Origin: Octopus sinensis
Lineage: Eukaryota
DNA: 64,000 nt
Assembly (NCBI RefSeq): GCF_006345805.1
Contig: NC_043014.1
Span: 17,732,001-17,796,000 of the forward strand
Direction: 5' to 3'
The stretch's first letter is position 1. Each line of letters opens with the position of its first letter. Shown here one piece after another: positions 51,110-64,000 of this stretch. The notes beneath the pieces are model-generated. The model ran no database searches and was not told the origin of the DNA. It was given only the letters and a program-made list of their open reading frames with translations. A program made the position numbers and the translations under genes.

Positions 51110-52020
51110 ACCTATGCTAATGATATCAATGATTTTATATGCGGCAAGTAATTGTCTGGTATTGGTTGGGAAAGTCTCATCGAGAAATAGCTGAAGTTTT
51201 TGGTATTAATAATCAAATAGCAAATAACATAGTGAAAAGGGTGATTAACGAAAGGAATTGCCGATTAAAGACAGTTTCTGCGCGAGCATAGTTATTAGTT
51301 ATTAAACGTTGACATGAAACTGGTAATGTGGCTTCAAATATTATTGGTATGTTTCTATATTGCGTAAGAACTGCACTGAATGAATTTGCTATGAACGAAT
51401 AGTCACAAGAAAGAAGATAATGGTTTCAAAAGATAAGACCAAAAAGTTCAAATGGACTAAAGAGTTTGGTTGTCAATAATAAGGCCTAACGAAAACAAAT
51501 GCTGCCAATTTTCCATTTCAAAGCAACTATATGTGCGTGTTGCAATAAAACTAAAACATAGGTGCAGGGTTATTTGCAAGGAACAGTTAGACATGGAGGA
51601 ATTAGAGTTATTGTATGAGGAGTGGGCAGTTTGGGTGATAGGTAGATCACTGCTCATCTTTATTGAAAGTGGAGTCGTTCAAAATATTGTAAAATACATG
51701 AAAAGGGTCTATTATTCATCTGTTCCAATGCTGGAATTGATGATCTGGGCCATCTTTTGAAAGATGTAGCCCCATACCAATACGATTAGGCTCTCATAGG
51801 TTCGGAAATTAATGGAAACAGATGTTTGAAATGGGTTGATCAAGGCCTTAATCCAACAGAACACATTTAGAAAAAATGCAGGCAAGATCGTCGAAAATTA
51901 CATCGATTATAAAGCTGTAATACGCATTAACTGAAGAATGAACAGGCAAAGATCAGTCAATTCCATGCTTAATCGGGTGAAAGCCATCATATTAGCTAAA
52001 GAGTAGACTACAAAATGAGG
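51110..52020 (+). mobile_element. Highly decayed Tc1-family transposase
   Basis: HTH-like GKSHREIAEVFGI..NNIVKR, GTVRHGG.RVIV, LNP.E and NSM.NRVKAII.AK..TTK motifs across many stops. TIRs not confidently located. Confidence 0.6.
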
Positions 52021-52589
52021 CAAAATTTCAATCATTTTTGATGATTTTTAATGAAATTATCACAAATTGAATTAGCGCTGAGTTTTATTACCCAGGCTAT
52101 AAGGTCATTGTAGGCCACCGTATACACAGTCTAACAGAAGAACATGGGTAAAATACTTACCAAATACGTTAGTCAATGCTAATATGAAATACGCTACCTG
52201 TAAGATATTTTTCTTGTCAAAATATGTAGTGATTAAAGCCTCTTAGTTGACAAGTTTAATTATACCTACGCTATCCAGACACTTTGTTCATAGCATGTGC
52301 CTCATACAAACAAGCGTGCATACATACATACATACATACATACATACATCCATCTATCCATCCATCCATCCATCCATCCATCCATACATACATACATACA
52401 TACATACATACATACATACATACATACATACATACATGCATATATACATATATATATATATATGCATAAATTAAATAGCTACACACATATATACACATAA
52501 ACATTTACATACATATATGTATATAAATGTATATACAAATATATATATATATTTACATACATGTATATATATATATGCATACATGTATG

Positions 52590-52667
<78 letters not shown>

Positions 52668-52718
52668 ATATACACACATGTATATACGCATATCTACCTA
52701 ATTATCTATCTATCTATG

Positions 52719-52771
<53 letters not shown>

Positions 52772-52814
52772 GTTTGTCTATCTATCTATCTCGCTTGCAC
52801 TCTCCCTATATATA

Positions 52815-52893
<79 letters not shown>

Positions 52894-53338
52894 ACGTTTG
52901 TATGCATACATAAATACATAGACATAACATGCTAGCACCAAGTTACCAGCGTTGTCTGAACTAATGAAACTTATGCAAATTGCGCATAACAACAGTGATT
53001 AATTCTCACGTCCAACCTGATTCGTTTCTAATTACTGAGATAACTGCGCAATGTCTGAGGATCGCATTTCACATATAACCAAGTGTAGGAGAACAGTGTA
53101 GCGAACAAGGGAAAAGTTAATTTTGAAGAAAAATTTACATGGCAAACTAATCATAAAAATGTTTTAATTAGAGTAATAGCATATGGAAAGGAAAGCATAG
53201 AAGTGAAATAAGACCCAAGAATTAATACACATACATACATAAAGAGACACACACACACACATACAAACACATGTAAATTAACCAATGTGAAAATTTGTCT
53301 AGACAGGCAAAGGAAACTGATAAGTGATGAGATATTTG

Positions 53339-53380
<42 letters not shown>

Positions 53381-53393
53381 TTATATATATATG

Positions 53394-53457
<64 letters not shown>

Positions 53458-53913
53458 ATATAATATCTATATATATATATATATACTTAATACTCACACA
53501 CACACACAGACACACACCTACCTTTTTCTTAGGAACAGTGCATCTCGAATCAGATAATGAAACAAATAATTGCGTGTACATATTGGGTTAAAAATCCCTT
53601 TGAATAGAAAAAGAGGTAGTCTGTCCTTGGGACTCAAACCCACATCTCTAGTAAACATGACAGGCGTTCTGAGATTGGACCAAAGATATCCTTCGAATTT
53701 CTTTACCCATTTTAGAAACATTTTCTTTCTGAAGTGTTTTTTATCCTAATATTTATAGACTATTATTATAACTTTATTTGCTTCGAGATCCCCTGTTTCA
53801 AAATAAAAATTATTTCACGTTCTTTCGAAGTTTATGAATTCTTATGATACCGTCAATTTGTTTATAAAAACACACACACATATACACGTACATACATACA
53901 TACATACATACAT

Positions 53914-53944
<31 letters not shown>

Positions 53945-54124
53945 TACATACATACATACACACATACATACATACACACACACATACATACATACATACA
54001 TACATACATACACACACGTATATATATATACACATACATATATATATATATGTATATATGTATGATGTATGTATGTATGTATGTATCTATGTATGTATGT
54101 ATGTATGTGTGTGTGTATATATAT

Positions 54125-54325
54125 GTCCGGCATTCGACATGATAGATTGCTAGCCACTACACTTTCTTTATTTTCTCTCCTTGTTTCTGTCTGTGTTCCT
54201 TTCTGTGGAAGAGCGTAGGCTCGAAACGTTAAAGACTTTTTCACTTCCCGAGCGTTATACTAATACATCTGTTTGTCGTCTACACCACCTGTCTTTGTCT
54301 TTTGTTTTTTTGTGAATTCTTCCAA
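54125..54325 (+). ncRNA. ~200-bp PLE-type repeat with minimal hammerhead-like motif (54199-54234); relative of 44447-44660
   Basis: CTTT-CTGTGGAAG-AGC-GTAG-GCT-C-GAAAC-GT-T-AAAG; flanked by TA-rich microsatellite. Confidence 0.55.
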
Positions 54326-54685
54326 TTTAAATATATATATAAATTTAAAATGAGGGCGAGACATTAGATATTAATTTGATTAACATCAATTTCACACCAG
54401 TGGTCTAGCATATAAAAAAAAATTGAAGGTTCAGTAAAATTGCATTATATATATTCATCCGGATGGTCGTACCGATGATCTACGGACATTTATGTAAGTA
54501 AAATTACGTAATATGTTAATAGTGAAACATGTATGCGAATAATCCATATTTTTATTGCTTTTTCTTTTGTCTTGCTCGATTACGTTTTGGTTGTTTTGGT
54601 AAATTTTTCTTGAGAGAACATTTCTTAGTGGTGAGACCATAGCGGATCTATTTCTAGCATAAGGGTGTCCACATAGTGGTTTCCC

Positions 54686-54782
<97 letters not shown>

Positions 54783-55551
54783 TAGTGCTGATTATCGTTC
54801 ATACATACGAGGCTGAATTTCGTTGTTTGGGACAAACAAGAAAAAGTATGTACTGTCATAGAAATCAGCTGAGTTTAAATTGAAAGAGGATAACTATAGA
54901 CAAGTGTTTCGAAACTCCCAGCTTCTACAAGCACATTATGAATTCACATACCAACACTTGGTTTTGTTATAAATGCCTCAGTGACAATGTGGAAAACTTG
55001 AGTTTTCAGTCAGCTAGCTTGCTCATCACAAATACAATCTGTAAACGGAACAGTAAAAATTTACAAGACTTTTCTGAAGTTCAGAATCTGATTTTGCCTT
55101 TGTTATCTACATTCCAACGACGGAACTTTGTATCTATGTTAAAAACCAGTTCCTTTCTTACAGATTATTAAAAATAGAAGAGATCATACATACATGCATA
55201 TTCATACACATACATGCACACATACATATATGACTTAAGTGCTACCAAGTGTTTACTGTTGTCTAAGTTCAGAAAAACTTAAGTAATCTACGCTACAACA
55301 GTGATTAAAAGTATTAAGCCTATTTTTCACACCCAATCTGCTTTCGTTTCTAATTACTGATATAGCTGTACCATGTCTGAGGCTATATTTCACATAAAAC
55401 CAAGTATCGAAAAACACTGAGGGGAACGAGGATTATGAAGAGAATTTTATGTGTCAAATTAAATTTTAAAAGTGTTTTAATTAGAGAAATAATGTGGAAA
55501 GGAAAGAGGAAAGTGTAGAAGTGAAATGTTATTAGAATCATATATATATAA

Positions 55552-55630
<79 letters not shown>

Positions 55631-55988
55631 ATATATATGTATATATATATATATATATATATGTATATAAATGTATATATATATGCAGTATATGGATACA
55701 CAATATATATGTATATAAATGTATATATATATGCAGTATATAGATACACAATATATATTCAACACACACACACGCACGCACGCACGCACGGACACACACA
55801 GACATACACACACACATTTTTTCTCACCAAAATATACAATTAGAACACAAAACTCTAAAAATGAGTGACACTAAGAGAGAGGTTAAAGACGAAATACTTT
55901 TTATACCGTGCTTATACATTTATAAATGCATATATACATACACACATCTATATATACATACACTCACGGGGTATATATATATATATAC

Positions 55989-56051
<63 letters not shown>

Positions 56052-56929
56052 TACACTCAGGGGTGAGTGACATGTGGAGGAGTGAGAGTGAGAGAGAGGA
56101 GAGAGAGGGAATAAGAGAGAGTTTGGAAGAGAGGGAGATGGAGGGAATGAAAATTGATTGAGAGAGAGGGAGGAAAAGGGATGACGATGAGAGATGAGAT
56201 AGAGGGTGAGAGAACGATAGGTCAATCAAAATTGACAGACAGCCCTATATAGAGAGAGAACATACATATATACGTGAGGATAAATAGATATATAAATAGA
56301 GAGAAGGAGAGAGAGAGAAAGAGAGAGAGAAGGGGAGAGGAAGATGGAGAAAGAGACGGTGATGATTGTGTTGTGAGATAGAAGACAGACGTGTGACCTC
56401 AATGAAAACAACAAACAACTATTTAGCTACAGTAACAACACATTGTTAGGTTTATGACAAGTTTGCTTCGGACAAAATTACTTAGCGGCATTTGTTGTAA
56501 CTCATATGTTTTGAATTCAAATTCCGCTTAGGTTAACTTGCTTTTTATCACGCCGTTGTCAATAAAACAGAATAGATGCCTTGTGCCTGGGTCGATGTAT
56601 CGTCTTTCCTCCTCCCTTCAAAATTGCTGGCTTTGTGACTGAATTAGAAAAGTTGCTATGTTAGGTTAAGCAATAGAAGCGTGTACAAAAGTCCCGAAAA
56701 TCTGCTTGGATGTTTCCAGCAGAGAGATATTGAATGGAATTCCAGAATGTGCAAGTGTGAATGTTCCAGATTTTTCTCAGGACATTCGTTAGACTAGCTG
56801 AAACAAATAGCATAGGGTGATCACAATTTAAGCTGGTCATCTATACAGACCACAATGTTGTGATCTGCATAGTCGACTTAGGACTCATAAACAGAGAGCC
56901 GGCAACTAGAAGTTGAATGCGTCTTTCTC

Positions 56930-57712
56930 GATTCGCAAATACTACAGAGACCTGATTAGCGAGCTAGTCAAGCAGTATTTCACAGCAGCAATAGTCAACA
57001 TTAGGTAGTGGAAAACCTTGAAGAGGGCAATTAAGTGAGCCGACGGTGCTTAGTACAGAGCATGTTATAGAGGGAAATAGATTAGAAGTGTGGCTAATTA
57101 GTAAACTAGAAGTGGCAATTGGAAATGGCATTGCGACCAATGTGCTAGTGACAGGAATGGCTCCTGACAATTTTTTCAACGCGAAACACGAAGGCTGCGT
57201 CGTTAGAGTTAGAGTACTTACGCTAAAACTAGAAGGAACAAAAACCATTCTATAGGCAAGGTGGTGGAGGCACGACATGGCAACAAAGCTATAATTTGAT
57301 CTACAACGGACCAGGTCACGTACGTGCCGCTCAGTTTCAAGCAGATGTATGAGACATTCCAATAGCACTTTGCTCAACTGTACGGAACAAGCGATTTTTC
57401 TCGTGCACGGCCACACAATACCTTCCGTATCTCGGCAGGAGAGGTTAGGTACTGCGAAAGGCCCATCACAGTAGCTGAGACACAGGAGGTATTGCGTGGC
57501 CCTGCAAAAGACAAATCGCTCAGCTTGGATAGTCTGCTCTATGAGTTTTATGGTTGTATGCCAAATATATTGACGACTTCTTAGCAAACATCTTTCGCAA
57601 CTGGCAACAAAAAGGGAGAATTCCCAGCTCTGAGAGCCGGGGCGTGTTACTGTTGCTGAGAATGACAACAAAGGAGTTATTATAGAGAATCTCATATTGC
57701 AGGTAAACGTAC
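56930..57712 (+). mobile_element. L1/Tx1-clade LINE ORF2 fragment (linker to RT start)
   Basis: EGCVVRVR, HFAQLYG, CERPITVAETQEVL..KDKSLSLDSLLYEFY..LANIFRNWQQKGRIP..RGVLLLL correspond to the L1/Tx1 'PIT..E..KSPG.DG.P.EFY' region. Confidence 0.7.
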
Positions 57713-57930
57713 TTGTAGGGCTATCAAATAATTCTCGTAAACCCCAACACCCCACAAAAAAGGAAAGAAAACATAAGAAAGCAAACTAACAGAAATTCTT
57801 CGCTGCGAAATACATGCTCTTTTGAAGAAGGAAAATATTTCACATTTTTGTGGAGAATAATACTGGCAATACGTTTAGTAAAAATAACAAATACAACACT
57901 CTGTCTCTTTCACTCTTTTTTCTTTTCTTC

Positions 57931-58070
<140 letters not shown>

Positions 58071-58599
58071 TTCTCTCTCTTACACACTCATGCACTCGTA
58101 CACACGACCACTTTTTCAAATAAATGTATCGATCGAAATTCAAGTGGTAGGCTAGATTCGACTTTAGCAAACAATTTGAAACAGGCAAAGTTCCGATAAG
58201 AAACATTTAAAAGAAGGACAAGCTACATAATAGCATTATGTTTTTCTCTCCAAAGTTATGACAGGGAGAAGGATGTGTCTTATCTGTGCATTGACAAAAA
58301 CCTAGGTGGATTTCATGGGACCTGCCAAAGACAGCTGGAACTAGACTTACATCGGTCGAGAGAGGATATATGGCATAATATGTGTTGTTTTAAAACTAAG
58401 TGTGGGATGAACCGATATACACAATCAAAGCATCATACGTCGGTTTTTTAATTAATATCCCAGTATTTGATGTTTGACAGACACTGACGCAGGCATTGAC
58501 CTTGGTTCTCGGCCGCCATAGCTGCACAATATTTGCAGGTGGTCAGCGGTGGCGTGAGACATTTAGCCCCATGTGATAGGCGGGATCACGGAGGACATA

Positions 58600-58750
58600 A
58601 AAGCTCTCATGACGTAAGCAGACAACAAAACGATTCTAGTGTTGTGTCACTTGTAGTGGGTGCCGAAAGAAAGGCGTTAGAAATGTTCGTTTAGGGTAGA
58701 GAGCCTAGCTGCTATACAAGTGGCACTAAAGGTGATATAAGAGCTTTCTG
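58600..58750 (+). mobile_element. Possible L1/Tx1 ORF1 zinc-knuckle remnant
   Basis: GREPSCYTSGTKGDIRAFC resembles a decayed CX2CX4HX4C knuckle. Confidence 0.4.
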
Positions 58751-59225
58751 CTCTGAAAACGTTTAAAAAAAGAAACTTCAATAACAATAGCAGCATTATC
58801 AGGCCAGGAAGGTTTCTATTCCTTGGATGTCATAAGCCGTAGCACTGGAAATGTCAAATGGAATCGCTTCCATTTCGATTCGAACCCCATCGTCCAGTGA
58901 CAATAAAAAGAAAATTGGAAGTAAGCAAGCAACGGCAAAGGAAAGAAAAGAAAAAAAATTACTTTTTAAAAGATACACGACACATGTTTCAAAAACTTAA
59001 GGTAGTGAAAGTGTTTACACAAAAAATTTTTCCCTTCTCTTTTAAGTGATTTTTAAATATAGTTGATAAATTTTAAGTTGAGAAAACTTTTTCAACATAC
59101 ATACATACATACATACATACATACATACATAATAAATTATGTATATTATAGATATATAATTCTCTAATATATTGTTTATAAATACATATGCATTTTATGT
59201 GAGTGTGTGCGTGTGTATGTTTATA

Positions 59226-59306
<81 letters not shown>

Positions 59307-59330
59307 ATGTATTATTTTACTTGTTTCAGT

Positions 59331-59686
59331 CATTTGACTGCGGCCATGCTGGATCACCGCCTTTAGTCGAACAAATTGACACCAGGATTTATTCTTTGTT
59401 AGCCTAGTACTTATTTTATCGGTTTCTATTGTCGAATCGCTAAGTTACGGGGACGTAAACACACCAGCATCGGTTGTCAAGCGATATTGGGGGGACAAAC
59501 ACACACACACATATATATATACGACGGACTTCTTTCAGTTTCCATCTACTAAATCCACTCAGAAGGCTTTGGTCCGCCCGAGGCTATAGTAGAAGACACT
59601 TGCCCAAGCTGCCACGCAGTGAGACTAAACCCGGGACCATGTGGTTGGTAAGCAAGCAAGCTACTTACCACACAGCCACTCCTACG
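59331..59686 (-). mobile_element. tRNA-headed SINE, family B
   Basis: Reverse complement of the 13894-14287 family. Confidence 0.78.
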
Positions 59687-59722
<36 letters not shown>

Positions 59723-59909
59723 TGTCCCCCAACATCGCTTGACAACCGATGCTGGTGTCTATAATTTATGTATGTATATATATACATATATATATATAAT
59801 GCATATAGTATAAAAATATTAAAGCATTATATATAAAGTGTAAATATATATATTAAATGATGTATAGATATATACATAAATTATTTGATATTTGATTTGT
59901 GCGTGTTTA

Positions 59910-59952
<43 letters not shown>

Positions 59953-60319
59953 ACACACTTACACACAAAGCAGTTAATAAAGAGTTCATAAATCAGTTGA
60001 AAAGTTATAAGTGTGAAATTATAAGCAATAATTAAAACTTGACAACCACCAAAGCGTGTAATCAGTTTTTATATTCGTATTTTTAGGGGCTTATATTCGT
60101 ATTTTAGGGGTTTCGTTGTTATTTTTGTCTTTTTTAAACCAAAGTAAACACGCATTCCTGTCGTAATCCGGGATGTAAATTTTAGTATGGAGTTCAAATA
60201 TATGATACTTTCATCGTATTTAGCACAGGACTTCCTATTTTAGTAAAGTATCGCAAAGCATTTTGTTCGGTGCCTGTGTCCTTTCTGTCATACCTATTTA
60301 TTATTATTATTATTATTAC

Positions 60320-60900
60320 TTTTTTTTTCTTCTTTCAAATTTGCTTCCATTTCTTGCCGAGTGTCTTCCCGACTCCTAGGGCAAAGAAACTCATAGTATA
60401 CATTGGTAGGCCATTAAACTAAACTCAATAGTTCGTTCATTTTTTATTTTTTAAGTTAAATTAAAATACATGGGTAGTAATAATTCTCACATCGACAATG
60501 CTCTTCTCAATACGTGTGATGTACCAGTTAAGACAATCTTTTGCACTTCTTGCAGGGATGGTAAGCCAGGGATCATTCTCATATAATTTTCGGTTCCCTT
60601 CTTGATCATTCCTAGTGCTCCTACGATCACTGGTATTGTAACCGCCTTGAGATGTCACATTTTCTCAATTTCAATGAGTAGGTTTATATATTTTCTGAGC
60701 TTGTCAAACTCTTTCGCTGAGATATTATGATCACAGGGGATGCTCATGTCGATCAATAAGCAAACTTTATTGTTTTGGTCTTTCACAACAATATCTGGTT
60801 TATTGGCCTTGATGGTTCGGTCTGTATGTACTGGTAAGTCCCACAGAATCGTTACATTTTCTCCTTCAGTTACAGCCTCAGGGTGGGGATTATACCACTT
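60320..60900 (-). mobile_element. R4/Dong-clade LINE 3' fragment (same family as 41108-42260)
   Basis: WYNPHPEAVTEGENVTILWDLPVHTDRTIKANKPDIVVKDQNNKVCLLIDMSIPCDHNISAKEFDKLRKY..; same 3' UTR; (AAT)n on both sides. Confidence 0.88.
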
Positions 60901-60920
60901 GTATATTATTATTATTATTA

Positions 60921-60954
<34 letters not shown>

Positions 60955-60957
60955 GAC

Positions 60958-61510
60958 TGAGAGAGCAGTGCATGCCATCAAAGTGACACTGGGGTAAAAT
61001 AAACGAAGCCCAGTATACCCATCATGACTACCCATCTGATAAGGGTACACCAGGCACATGCATCACAACCATATGTGCTCGACATGGTGATCTCATATCA
61101 AGATAAACAACACATGACCTTGCAGGTGGTGTCCAGTTAGAATTTTCTTCTGGTCGAGTAGCCCATCCCACTCAAAAGGTCCCTGAATAAGGATTGTTTA
61201 AAGATGTTGAACGAACCACTCATGTTTCCAAAGTTGAATTATCCAAACCTTTAAGAATTCCTTTCAACACATAGCTATGATGCTCCCCCACTACTTCTGC
61301 TCGTGATCAGAGACGCACATATCGTCAACCACTAAGTGACATGCTCAACTAGTTAAGGTCAAATAACTGACAAGCAAGTCTGTGGTATTGAGCAGAATAT
61401 TTGCTGTAGCCCATCTTTTATACCAAGACAAAACAATATACACGATAACACTTCCAGTCAGTTAAGATCAGAAACCACGAGAGCCACTGCCTGGTGCTGC
61501 ATCATGGCAT
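60958..61510 (-). repeat. (AAT)n-tailed unclassified repeat, full-length copy
   Basis: Reverse complement of the 62330-62885 copy, with (TTA)n on both flanks. Confidence 0.8.
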
Positions 61511-61522
61511 TTATTATTATTA

Positions 61523-61566
<44 letters not shown>

Positions 61567-62265
61567 GTAGTAGTAGTAGTAAGGTTTATGTAGCTTAGGC
61601 ACAAGATCCCACATTTTGTCGGAGTGGATGATTGTATTCGCTAATATCATCGAGTACGTGAAAGGTACTTCATTTTATTGCCAGAGAACGAAAGAGAAAG
61701 GAAAAGTGCCGTAGCCAAATGCCACTAAATAATAAAGCAGACACTTTGCTGGGAGGGTAAAAGGCAAAGTCAATCTGAGCGGAACTTGAACTCAAGAAAA
61801 TAAAGACGGACGAAATACCTATTTCTTTATTACCCACAAGGGGATAAACACAGAGAGGACAAACAAGGACAGACAAACGGATGAAGTCGATTATATCGAC
61901 CCCAGTGCGTAACTGGTACTGATTTAATCGACCCAGAAAGGATGAAAGGCAAAGTCGACCTCGGCGGAATTTAAACTCAGAACGTAGCGGCAGACGAAAT
62001 ACCGTTAAGCATTTTGTCTGGGCGCTAGCGATTCTGTCTTCTAATAATAATTACTTCAATTTTAGACTCAAAGGCAGTAGTTTTGTAGTTATTGGGGCTA
62101 TTCGCTACCGTCAAAACTCTATACTTAAAGGCTGCTCTACTTTATAGATCTCGGAATGATGAATGGTAAATTTTGCATCAGCGGAAATATGGAAGTAAAG
62201 ACCCGGATGACAAAACATGAGTTACTTTGCCTGACTCCGCAACCCCTCTGCTTTTTTCCACCTGC

Positions 62266-62327
<62 letters not shown>

Positions 62328-62329
62328 TA

Positions 62330-62885
62330 ATTGCCCTAATGCAGTACCAGGCAGTGGCTCTCACGGTTTCTGATCTTAACTTATTGGAAGTGTTATCATT
62401 TACATTGTTTGCCTTGGTATAAAAGATGGGCTACATCAAATATTCTGCTCAATACCACAGATTTGCTTGTCAGTTGTTTGACCTTAACCAGTTGAGCACG
62501 TCCCTTAGTGGCTAACGATATGTGCATCTCTGATCACGAGCAGAAGTAGTGGGGGAGCATCATACCCATGTGTTGAGAGGGATTCTTTGGGGTTTGAATA
62601 ATTCACCTCTGGAAACATGGGTGTTTCGTTCAATATCCTTAAACAGCCTTTATTCAGGGACCTTTTGAGTGAGATGGGCTACTCGACCAGAAGAAAATTC
62701 TAACTGGGCCCCACCTGCAAGGTCATGTGTTGTTTATCTTGATATGAGATCACCATGTTGCGCACATATGGTTGTGATGCATGTGCCTAGTGTACCCCTA
62801 TCAGACGGGCAGTCATGATGGGTATACTGGGCTTCGTCTATTTTACCCCAGTGTCACTTTGATGGCATGCACTGCTCTCTCAGTC

Positions 62886-62925
<40 letters not shown>

Positions 62926-62990
62926 TAATAATAATAATAATAGTAATAATAATAATAATAATAATAATTTCTACTAAGGGGCATAACGTC

Positions 62991-63024
<34 letters not shown>

Positions 63025-63450
63025 TAATAATAATGATAGATGCAGTACCAGGCAGTGGCTCTCATGGCTTCTGATCTTAACTGATTGGAAGTGTTATCAT
63101 GTACATTGTTTTGTCTTGGTATAAAAGATGGGCTACAGCAAATATTCTGCTCAATACCACAGATTTGCTTTCTCTGGAAACATGGGTGTTTCGTTCAACG
63201 TCCTTAAACAACCCTTATTCAGGGACTTTTTGAGCGGGATGGGTTACTCGATCTGAAGAAAATTCTAACTGGGCTCCACCTGCAAGGTCATGTGCTGTTT
63301 ATCTTGATATGAGATCACCATGTCGCGCACATATGGTTGTGATGCATGTGCCTGGTGTACCCTTATCAGACGGGTAGTCATGATGGGTATACTGGGCTTC
63401 GTATATTTTACCCCAGTGTCACTTTGATGGCATGCTCTGCTCGCTCACTC
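62330..63450 (+). repeat. Two more copies of the (AAT)n-tailed repeat (second internally deleted)
   Basis: Both start 'gcagtaccaggcagtggctctca' and end 'ctctc(a/g)(g/c)tc(aat)n'. The second jumps from 'cagatttgctt' to 'tctctggaaacatggg'. Confidence 0.8.
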
Positions 63451-63479
63451 AATAATAATAATAATAATAATATTAATAA

Positions 63480-64000
63480 TTTCTACTAAGGGGCATAACG
63501 TCTGAAATTTGGGGGAGGAGTATAGTAAATTACATTGACTCCAGTATCCAACTGATACTTATTTTATTAACCTCTAAAGGATGAAAGGTAAAGTCGACCT
63601 CAACGGAATTTGAACTCAAAACGTAAAAACGGACGAAATGCCGTTAAGCATTTTGCCCGGCTTGCCAACGATTTTGCCAGCTCAACTCGCCACCTTAACA
63701 ATAATAATAATAATCCTTTCAACTAAAGGCACAAGGCCTGAAATTTAGGGGGAGGGAACTAGTCGATTACATCGACCATAATGTTTCACTGGTCCGAGCC
63801 CGAAAGGTTGAAAGGCAAAGTCGACCTCTGTGGAATTTGAACTCAGAACGTAGCAGCAGACGAAATACCTGTTTCGTTACTACCCACAAGGGATTAAACA
63901 CAGAGAGGACAAACAAGGACAGACAAACGAATGAAGTCGATTATATCGACCCCAGTGCATAACTGGTACTTATTTAATAGATCCCGAAATAATGAAAGGG
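63480..64000 (-). mobile_element. Stacked family-A tRNA SINE copies
   Basis: Repeated 'aaaggcaaagtcgacctc..ggaatttgaactcagaacgtagc..gacgaaatacc' units. Similar stacks are at 33900-35020, 42930-44130 and 61680-62035. Confidence 0.75.

Noticed and set aside
56964-57755. 263-aa minus-strand ORF
   Set aside because: It is the antisense shadow of a + strand L1/Tx1 ORF2 fragment.

Overview
AT-rich, microsatellite- and retroposon-dense animal genomic DNA. The SINE families and repeat landscape resemble an octopus genome; this is inferred from repeat style, not a database match. Two host genes lie on the minus strand. (1) A complete five-exon omega-class glutathione transferase (about 19030 to 1102; the 3' end of exon 2 falls in a 100-N gap). 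It has an in-frame upstream ATG adding a presequence-like 29 aa, and it ends in -SKL, a canonical peroxisomal PTS1. Its 3' UTR consists of decayed tandem copies of its own C-terminal coding end and polyA signal. (2) The terminal coding exon of an APCDD1-like Wnt-inhibitor gene (48620 to 47697), whose upstream exons were not found in the window. The rest is mobile DNA: a 5.2-kb Penelope-like element with 1.1-kb inverted terminal arms, a second PLE fragment fused to a mariner remnant, two full-length dead mariners, a Tc1 relic, several MITEs, R4/Dong, RTE and L1/Tx1 LINE fragments, many tRNA-derived SINEs, an (AAT)n-tailed repeat, and several minimal hammerhead-ribozyme-like motifs. No rRNA, bona fide tRNA or CRISPR array was seen.
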